Source: Chiloscyllium plagiosum (lineage: Eukaryota). Taken from it: DNA of 64,000 nucleotides. The translations under genes and the position numbers were made by a program. Positions 51,365-60,500 of this stretch are shown piece after piece (the first letter of the stretch is position 1; every line of letters starts with the position of its first letter). The notes below the pieces were generated by a model. It had not been told where the DNA came from. It did not search any database and worked only from the letters and a program-made list of their open reading frames with translations. Where the stretch lies: positions 67,793,873 through 67,857,872 of the forward strand of contig NC_057719.1 of the NCBI RefSeq assembly GCF_004010195.1, given 5' to 3'.

Positions 51365-53990
51365 TCCATATTTTTCTGAATGTGAGTAAAACCTATCCTT
51401 AAGAATCTTCTCCAATAATTTTGCTACCACTGACATAAGGCTCACCGACCTGTAGCTCCCCACATTATACCTGTTGCCCTTCTAAAACAGAAACAATGTT
51501 GGCTACTCTCCACCTCTCCTGTAACTAAAGAGGATAGAAAGATTTTGGATAAGGCCCCTGCAATTCCCTCCCCTGTCTCCCTCAGCATTCTGGAATAGAT
51601 CCCATCAAGTCCTGGTGAATTGTCTTACCTTAGTGCTTTTTAAAGCACCCAAAACTTCCTCCAAAATGTTCCTGCACTTGGCCCATATCCTTCTAACCCT
51701 TTCCTATCCATGTATTTGTCCAAATGCCTTTTAAATGTTGTTAACACACTCGCCTCAATCATTTCCACTGGCAGCTCTTTCTGTGTATCACCCTCTGTGT
51801 AAAAAAAGTTGCCCCTCAAGGTTCCCTTTTATTCTTTCCCCTCTAATCTTAAACTGATGCCCTCTAGTCCCTGATTTCCCAAACCTGGGAAAAAGATTGA
51901 GTGCATTCACCCTATCCATGCCTTTCGCGATCTTATACCCTTCTATGAGGTCCCCCCTCAGTCTCCTATGCTCTAAAGAAAAAAGTCCTAGCTCTGGTCA
52001 AGTGGAAGAAGAAGGCTTATGTTAGGATGAGATGTGAAGGCTCAGTTAGGGCGCTTGAGGGTTACAAGGTAGCCAGGAAAGACCTAAAGAGAAAGCTCAG
52101 AAGAGCCAGGAGGAGACATGAGAAGTTGTTTACCCTGATACCCTGTTTACCCTAAGGCTTTCTATAGGTATTTAAGGAATAAAAGAATGACAAGAGTAAG
52201 ATTAAGGCCAATCAAGGATAGTAGTGAGAAGTTGTGTGTGGAGTCAGAGGAGATAGGGGAAGCACTAAATGAATATTTTTCAACAGTATTCACTCTAGAA
52301 AATGACAATATTGTCAAGGAGATTATTGAGATACAGGCTACCAGACTGGGTGTGATTGAGGTTCACAAGGAGGAGGTATTAGAAATCCTGCAGAGTGTGA
52401 AAATAGATAAGTCCCCTGGGCCGGATGGGATTTATCCTAGGATCCTCTGGGAAGCCAGGGAGGAGATTGCCGAGCCTTTGGCATTGATCTTTAAATCGTC
52501 ATTGTCTACAAGACTAGTGCCAGAAGACTGGAGGATAGCAAATGTGGTTCCCCTGTTCAAGAAGGGGAGTAGAGACAACCCAGGTAATTATAGACCAGTG
52601 AGCCTTAGTTGTTGGTAAAGTGGTGGAAAAGGATATAAGAGATAGGATTTATAATCATCTAGAAAAGAATAATTTGATTAGGGATAGTCAGCACGGTTTT
52701 GTGAAGGGTAGGTTGTGCCTCACAAACCTTATTGAGTTCTTTGAGAAGGTGACCAAATAGGTAGATGAGAGTAAACCAGTTCATGCTGAAAGAAGACAGA
52801 AGGTGGTGGTTGATGAGAAATGTTCATCCTGGAGTCCAGTTACCAGTGGTGTACTGCAAGGGTCAGTGTTGGGTCCACTGCTATTCGTCATTTTTATAAA
52901 TGACCTGGATGAAGGCGTAGAAGGGTGGATTAGTAAATTTGCAGACAACACTAAGGTCGGTGGAGTTGTGGATAGTGACGAGCTTTCATTAATAGAGGGA
53001 TCGAGTTCTAGAACCATGAGGTTATGCTACAGCTGTACAAAACTCTAGTACGGCCGCACTTGGAGTATTGCGTACAGTTCTAGTCACCACATTATAAGAA
53101 GGATGTGGAAGCTTTGGAAAGGGTGCAGAGGAGATTTACTAGGATATTGCCTGGTATGGAGGGAAGGTTTTATGAGGAAAGGCTGAGGGACTTGAGGCTG
53201 TTTTCATTTGAGAGGTGACTTAATAGAGACATATAAGAGGGTTAGATACGGTGGACAGGATGAGCCTTTTTTCAAGAATGGTAACGGCGAGCACGAGGGG
53301 GCATAGCTTTAAATTGAGGGGTGATAGATATAGGACAGATGTCAGAGGTAATTTCTTTACTCAGCGAGTAGTAAGGGTATGGAATGCTTTGCCTGCAACG
53401 GTAGTAGATTCGCCAACTTTAAATACATTTAAGTCGTCATTGGACAAGCATATGGACATCCATGGAATAGTGTAGGTTAGATGGGCTTCAGATTGGCATG
53501 ACAGGTCGGCGCAACATCAAGGGCTGAAGGGCCTGTACTGCGCTGTAATGTTCTATGTTCAACCTCTCCCTATAACTCAAACCATTGAGTTCTGGCAACA
53601 TCCTTATAAATTTCTTCTGCGTTCTTCACTTTTCCCAGTTTAATAACATCCTTCCTCTGGCAAGGTGACCAAAACTGAACATGGTACTCCAAGTGCAGCC
53701 TCACCAACATCCTGTACAACTGCAACATAACTTCCCAACTTCTATACTCAATGCCCTAACTGATGAAGGCCATCAGTGTGCCAAAAGTCTTCCTCACTAC
53801 CCTGTCTACCTGTGACTCCACTTTCAGAGAAATGTGCACCTGAACTCCAAGGTCCTTCTGTTCCATCACACTCCTTAAGGCCCTACCATTCACCATGAAA
53901 CTCCTACCTTGTTGACTTTCCATAATGCAAGACCTCGCATTTATTTATATCCATTTGCCATTTCTTGGCCCACTTCCCCAACTGATGAAG
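51365..53990 (-). mobile_element. Minus-strand CR1 fragments hosting a younger plus-strand CR1
   Basis: The CR1 antisense sequence gaaaaaagtcctag (to about 51992) resumes as aacctctccctataactcaaacc at 53561. Confidence 0.75.
51994..53560 (+). mobile_element. Young CR1 LINE with internal deletions
   Basis: ORFs 52187-52618 (KSPGPDGIYPRIL...WRIANVVPLFKKG), 52803-53048 ([10 protein letters not shown]...FADNTK) and 53251-53475. Ends ttctatgttc. Confidence 0.93.
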
Positions 53991-54757
53991 GTCTTTCTCT
54001 TTCTACGTAGCCCTGACTAGTGGTGTGACCAGCTCATTAAATGTGCTATCCAGGACATTCTCAGCCTCATGGATGCTTCATAATGAGTCTATCCACAGCT
54101 CCAGGCACTTCATGCGGAAAGCCAGGAGCCACAGCTGAACACAATTCCTGCATACATAGTCACCATGGACACTAAAAGTGTCCCTGATTTCCCACATATT
54201 GCAGGAGGAGCATTCCATGGAGACAATTTCGCCTTCCATTTTGAACTTTATCAGCTAAATCAACCTTATCAACTACAGACAACAATCCAGGAACTGATTG
54301 CACAATAGAATCTACTAGATGCCAATCTCAGGTATCTTATTCCCACGCCATAGTTAACTCTATTAAATTGTATCCTTTACTTGATTTGAGTATAAAAACT
54401 GAACTTGATGAACATATTTTAGATAGATGAGCAAAATTAGATAATGTCCCTCCTACTCAATAAAACAAGAATAAAACCAAAATAATACTAAATTTTTGAA
54501 TTAAAAAGAGCTCATGTTCAATATGACAACTTCCCAGTGCCACTCAAAAGACCTGAACAATCTAACTTTTGGTGTGACTGTTGCAGTTAATAAGCATTAT
54601 TTTTCTTTGTCAACAAAATATACATCTTAACAAACAAATGACTTTATAAAATATAATTAATAGTGCTGAATGTTACAAAAGTAAATTGAAATCTAAAATG
54701 ATAGAGTAATTACATGATTTAAATTTCAATTTTGCCTTTTGTGCCTATAATTCTTAC

Positions 54758-54825
54758 ACTGCGTTTCAGATGTTAAAAATAAAGTGAGTACATCATTCCA
54801 TTTCTTTAGCTCTTCAGGACTGGAA
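54758..54825 (-). CDS. Unidentified gene exon: (I)SSPEELKKWNDVLTLFLTSETQ
   Basis: ctttttttatgccag|T ... AGT|gtaaga. 68 nt, phase 2->1, in phase with exon 54967-55072. Confidence 0.7.
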
Positions 54826-54966
54826 CTGGCATAAAAAAAGTGTGGTTAGCTTAATCACTGAATTTCCTTTTAATAATATCTTAACATGTGAAGAGTCATG
54901 GGAGCAGATTCATGATTAAACATCGCCCATATTTAATGGATTTTCCACTTCAACCAGCATACTCAC

Positions 54967-55072
54967 ATGCTGATGATGTAGACCTTCTCAAAACTCTCCT
55001 TACTGTATACATTCACGGAAACATCAGTAGCATTGCTAGCACACCATGTTAACATTTGTCTTTCAAGTAGTT
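54967..55072 (-). CDS. Unidentified gene exon: (E)LLERQMLTWCASNATDVSVNVYSKESFEKVYIIS
   Basis: ctgactactag|AA ... CAT|gtgagt. 106 nt, phase 1->2; contains an N-A-T sequon. Confidence 0.7.
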
Positions 55073-56725
55073 CTAGTAGTCAGTGCATTCGTTATGCATC
55101 ACAAGCAGTTTTGCCTCATGGACACGTGCCCAGTCTAACCTTATTGTACTTAGAACCCTGCGTTCAGCAGGAGGAGGAAATGTCTTGTCAGTATGTGCTC
55201 TGTTCCAATTTAGATCTTACGAAAGGTCAATTTTCCCTCCAACAATCTCCCTTCATATATTGTCAGATTTCTAGGCATGAATGTTCATCATTGGGATCAA
55301 AGAGTTAAAATGCCACCAAAAAGAATGGTGGACTTAAAGTCTTCTGCTTATTTAGCTGAGAGCACCCAGATTATAATTTCAGTAGGAAATAGCATTTATG
55401 TTTGGTTATTACATTCATACAAAAATTTTAGGTTACTCAGTATCATTGATGTCCTCTAAGCAACTGGAATATTTTTTACATTTTTTTTCTGTATGAGGTA
55501 CTGCCTCGTTACTATTTTGCTTTGGGATATGTGAGCATATTCTCAATGTTATTTTAGAAATATAAAAATTATTTGCAGGAAGTAGGTAGGAATTGTGCAA
55601 ATTCAGAAATCTCAAAAATGCACCATGATGTGCTGGCTGCTGTGTAGGTTGCCACACAGCCTGTGTCTTCTGAAAATGAATATTCAGCCTTTTGTCAGGT
55701 TTTAATAGCATCACGTAATTAAACTTTGATGAAAGAGTAATTATTTTGGTGTGTGCTCATGGACAGAAGAGTCCACAGAGAAGACAATTTCATGTTATAA
55801 AATAATCCTGTACTGTAGGGACCAGACTACACTCATCAGAGAAAGTGAAAACCTGGGGAGCTTTAGAAATGAGACAATGGCAAATGTGGCTTGTAAATTG
55901 AATAACAGTATTCCTTTCATCTGTTTACATCCAATTATGTCTCTTGATACCCTTCAGTGCTTTGGTTTGTTTTGATCTGCAGTAAAGCTCAAAAGATTTC
56001 TGAATTAGATTCTCATACCAATATCACATGCATGTTGTGTGCCATGTCAAGTAGGTGCATGGGGGCCCCCAAGGAATTGTCTGTTTCAACATCATATCTC
56101 TAGAGAGACGCCACTATATTCAGTGACTATCACACTCACTGCAAGTTGCATTGTGTTATCAACCTTGCCAAGTAGTTTTGTTAAATTTTCTAAAGTAAGC
56201 AAAGATTTTAGACATTACTTGTCAAGTGACAGTTTATAACTCCTAGGCATTGCATGTCTCTCTGGTATTTTTATGCATATTGCCATATTACAAAATGTGG
56301 AATTGGCACACTATAGTCAAATAGAACTAATTAAAACAGCATGAAATTAGATTTGTGTGTTTTACTGTCATCTCTGTCTTTAACAAAAAACAAACAGGAA
56401 AATATTTGAAATGGATGTTGATAGCACTAAAATGTCCCAATAAAATAAAATAAATCTTTTCTCTCAACCTAAGAGTAAAACCACAAACTGGCAGGTCCTG
56501 CAAGAATTGGCATTAATTCAGCAAATTTCCTCTGCAAATTTATAGGGAACTGAAAGTATCAAGCTGGTCTAATGAGTGATCCCATTCCAGAGCTGTGGCT
56601 AAGTTGTTGGAGCAGAAAGGAGGGAGTTTTTTTATGGCTGTCCTGTGCCTTATTGGAATCCTTAATATTATACTCAATAGTAAAAACAAACATCCAAAAT
56701 GAACTGAGCATAATGTATGTTCTAC

Positions 56726-56873
56726 CTAAAAGGGTGCAAGAGTTGGCACCATTATCTTCACATTGGGTGATGGAAAAGTAGCCTAGAACTGTATCCATAC
56801 TGATACCCAATGGCTCATCATACAGGTAAGGATATGTACAAAGTAGAGAGAGTAATAAAGAGAGTAAGAAAAG
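56726..56873 (-). CDS. Unidentified gene exon with hydrophobic anchor: LFLLSLLLSLLCTYPYLYDEPLGISMDTVLGYFSITQCEDNGANSCTLL
   Basis: cattttatcag|CTT ... TAG|gtagaa. 148 nt, phase 0->1, open frame. Confidence 0.7.
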
Positions 56874-57106
56874 CTGATAAAATGATCTGCATCACTGATT
56901 ATGCCTTTTTCAGTTGTTTGGAATGTCAAGAATCACAACTAAACCACAAATACAAATATTCTTTGCTTGGGCAACATCCCGAAGTTTAATGATGCTATAA
57001 CATGGAAACAATGCTGTCAGCAAAGGAGTAAGGGGAAACTGACTGAAGAGGAGAAAAGACTAACACATGGTTTAATCGCAGACACAGGCACATATCTGCC
57101 TCATAC

Positions 57107-57223
57107 CAGAAGTCTATTGTTTGCAAGTCCCATGATGGCCAAACACATGGGTTCCATCTTCAGCTTTAATGGTTTAAAGCTGACTCCAAGATGGCATTCT
57201 TCCCCAGGAAAGCTCCATCTCAT
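57107..57223 (-). CDS. Unidentified gene, predicted first coding exon: MRWSFPGEECHLGVSFKPLKLKMEPMCLAIMGLANNRLL
   Basis: GCCATG at 57223 (alternative ATG at 57157). Donor CTG|gtatga, phase 0. Possible acceptor gtgacag| at 57235-57236, so upstream exons may exist. Confidence 0.6.
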
Positions 57224-57606
57224 GGCAATAAAAACTGTCACAGATTCATTTAAAATAAACCAATCTTCTATATTTGCAAGTGATTGAATTTCTTTTCTTC
57301 TGCAAAACTTTTCTCCATAACATAAATTCAAAGCTCTTTAAAAGCTTTGCAGCTCAATTGCATTTTGATGACTCCAACTGCATCTCCAATCAGTCAATGT
57401 TGCATGTTTATGAAATGTTCACTTTTTTCCCATTAGAGAGCCATGTTACTTTGAAAGCTGAAGAGAAATTTACAATGGCAAATGTTCACAGAATATTATG
57501 TTCAAAATTCTTCATCATGTAAATATCTGGTTCAAAGTTTGTGCGAAGATTTGTAGCTCGGGTGCTCGTTGCTGTGGTTCTGTTCGCCGAGCTGGAAGTT
57601 TTTGTT

Positions 57607-57646
57607 GCAAACGTTTCATCCCCTGGCTAGGCGACATCATCAGTGC
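57607..57646 (-). ncRNA. Minimal hammerhead ribozyme motif
   Basis: gca-CTGATGA-t-gtcgcctagccaggggat-GAAA-cgtt-tgc. Confidence 0.65.
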
Positions 57647-57833
57647 TTGGGAGCCTCCTGCGAAGCGCTTTTTTTATGTTTCCTCCGGTGTTTATAGTGG
57701 TCTGTCCCTGCCGCTTCCGGTTGTCAGTTTCTGCTGTCCGCTGTAGTGGCTGGTATATACCGGAAGCAGCAGGGACAGACCACTATAAACACCGGAGGAA
57801 ACATCAAAGAAGCGCTTCGCAGGAGGCTCCCAA

Positions 57834-57873
57834 GCACTGATGATGTCGCCTAGCCAGGGGACGAAACGTTTGC
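57834..57873 (+). ncRNA. Minimal hammerhead ribozyme motif
   Basis: gca-CTGATGA-t-gtcgcct-agcc-aggggac-GAAA-cgtt-tgc. Confidence 0.7.
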
Positions 57874-58187
57874 AACAAAAACTTCCAGCTCGGCGAACAG
57901 AACCACAGCAATATCTGGTTTCATAATTCATAGGTCATAGAAAATAATTTTCAGTTGAATTGAGTTTAAATGTGGAAACATTGAATAATCTGATCGGTAA
58001 ACTGATAAACAACCCTGAAGCAATTGCATTCAATTAGACCTAATAATTACAGATCCAAAGGTAGTCTGTGCACATTTAATAATGTCAGTTAAAACTGAGA
58101 AAACTTAAGCAATGGATGATTCATTTTTGAATATTTGGTAGGGCCAAGAGGTCTACAGCTATTTCAACGCTATTCCTTTATATTTGG

Positions 58188-58489
58188 GGTGGCACGGTGG
58201 CTCAGTGGTTAGCACTGCTGCCTCATAGCACCAGGGTCCCACGTTCAGTTCCAGCCTCGGGTGACTGTCTGTGTGGAGTTTGCACATTTTCCCCGTATCT
58301 CTGTGGGTTAACTCCGGGTGCTCCAGTTTCCTCCCACAGCCCAAAGATGTGCAGGTCAGGTGAATTGACTGTGCTAAATTGCCCATAGTGTAAGGTGCAT
58401 TAGTCAGAGGAAAATGGGTTACTGTTCGGAGGGGCAGTATGGACTTGTTGGGCTGAAGGGCCTGTTTTCACATTGTAGGGCATCTAATC
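58188..58489 (+). mobile_element. tRNA-derived SINE
   Basis: ggtggcacggtggctcagtggttagcactgctgcctca...; same family as 19376-19727. Confidence 0.9.
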
Positions 58490-58619
58490 TTAACAATGGA
58501 GCTGAATTGTTCATGTAATTCTGAGATCAAAAAAGCTAAAATCAGCTTTTAAAGAAGAGAGTTTATTGGTGGGGCAAATCTGGAAAGACAGGTGGTTAAT
58601 TTGATTAGAGATATAAACG

Positions 58620-58840
58620 TAAAGTTGCCATGGTCTTAACCAGACCATAGGGCTGCTCTTTCATGAGAGAGAGAGCCAACTGGTGGTGGCTTAACCAGAG
58701 GGTCACCACACCTCAAGCAAGGGGAGAGGTTGAGAAGGCAGGAATTTCATGGTTACCTCAGCCAATGCAGGAACTGAACGCATGCTATTAGCATCACTGT
58801 ATCACAAATCAGCCATCCAGCCAACTGAGCTAACCAACTC
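58620..58840 (-). mobile_element. Second, older tRNA-headed SINE-like element
   Basis: Reverse complement begins gttagctcagttggctggatgg (A-box-like) with cgttcagttcc (decayed B-box). Confidence 0.5.
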
Positions 58841-59593
58841 CCAATTTTACTTGTATGGGTCACAGAATCAAAGAGGTTGTTTTAAAGGTAAGAGGTAATT
58901 AATCTACATTTCCTTTTGAGAACATCCCGTGTATATCACATTGCTATGAAGATAGGTCATACAAGATAGGAACCTCCTTTGTGTTTCTTTTTGTGTGTTA
59001 CTTCACTGAATACAAGCTGAACACTTAAGACCAGGCATGCAGCAAGATCGAGCCTCCCAGGAGCTGCAAAGCTGCTGTGCAAACAAGAGTTGTACAGAAG
59101 CTGCAGAAAAAGTCTACAGGAAAGCAAATTATGTCTGTCCAAAAGCAGGACAAGGATTAGAAGCCATTAGGATCAAGGGTACACTGTACCTGATTTTTAA
59201 ATCACTAAGTTCAAAGGTTGTACAGAGGGTGAAGCTTGAACTGAGAAGATGCCAATTACATGCGTTGAGAATGAAAGTTGGAAGATTGATTAGGCAACAC
59301 CTAGTAGAAATATCCACATGACATCTCATACCTCAGTGAATATCTGGAACACTAAAGCGAAATCAAAAAGAATGCTGAAGAATTGAGGTGTACTTGCTTT
59401 GAAACCTAGAAATCTAAGCTAATGAATCAAGAGGATCTTTTGAGTAGAATTAGGAAATAAAAGGGGAATAGGATTTATCCTCTAATGGTGAAATTTACAT
59501 ACATATTTTTATTAATACGCACATAGGTTTCAGGGTGAGCATATCAGGTGCATCTAAACACACCAAACCCTCCACCAAGATAACTCGCCCAAT

Positions 59594-60085
59594 CATAAAG
59601 TCAAAGAGTCATAAAGATGTACAGCATGGAAACAGACCTTTTGGTCCAATCCATCCATGCTGACCAGATATCCCAACTCAATCTAGTCCCACCTGCCAGC
59701 ACCCGGCCCATATCCCTCCAAACCCTTCCTATTCATATACCCATCCAAATGCCTCTTAAATGTTGCACTTGTATCAGCCTCCACCACATCCTCTGGCAGC
59801 TCATTCCATACATGTACCAGTCTCTGCGTGAAAAAGTTGCTCCTTAGATCTCTTTTATATTTTTCCCCTCAACCAAAACCTATGCCCTCTAGTTCTGGAC
59901 TCCCCGATCCTAGGGAAAAGACTTTGTCTATTTATCCTATCCATGCCCCTCATAATTTTGTAAACCTCTATAAGGTCACCCCTCGGCGTCCAATGCTCCA
60001 GGGAAAACAGCCCCAGCCTGTTCAGTCCCTCCTTATAGCTCAAATCCTCCAACCCTGGCAACATCCTTGTAAATCTTTTCTGAAC
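59594..60085 (-). mobile_element. CR1 LINE 3' end
   Basis: ORF 59855-60088 VQKRFTRMLPGLEDLSYKEGLNRLGLFSLE. Confidence 0.9.
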
Positions 60086-60500
60086 CAATTAGCTCACAAA
60101 GAACTGATGGGTGAGTAAATATGCCACCTATCACAGACTTTGACACTGGTCTTGACTCTGTTTGCAAAACATAGCCAACCAGAAATCGGTAGTTTCTCTG
60201 GACTCCCCGATCCTAGGGAAAAGACTTTGTCTATTTATCCTATCCATGCCCCTCATAATTTTGTAAACCTCTACAAGGTCACCCCTCGGCGTCCAATGCT
60301 CCAGGGAAAACAGCCCCAGCCTGTTCAGTCCCTCCTTATAGCTCAAATCCTCCAACCCTGGCAACATCCTTGTAAATCTTTTCTGAACCAATTAGCTCAC
60401 AAAGAACTGATGGGTGAGTAAATATGCCACCTATCACAAACTTTGACACTGGTCTTGACTCTGTTTGCAAAACATAGCCAACCAGAAATCGGTAGTTTCT
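59895..60500. repeat. 303-bp tandem duplication (two copies)
   Basis: 59895-60197 is repeated at 60198-60500, with two substitutions seen. Confidence 0.95.

Larger units (their letters stand above)
57533..57909. mobile_element. Fold-back PLE-terminus insertion, related to 47399-47967
   Basis: Same start (caaagtttgtg.gaagatttgtagctcgg), inverted arms of about 150 bp, 11-bp TSD aatatctggtt at 57522-57532 and 57910-57920. Confidence 0.9.
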
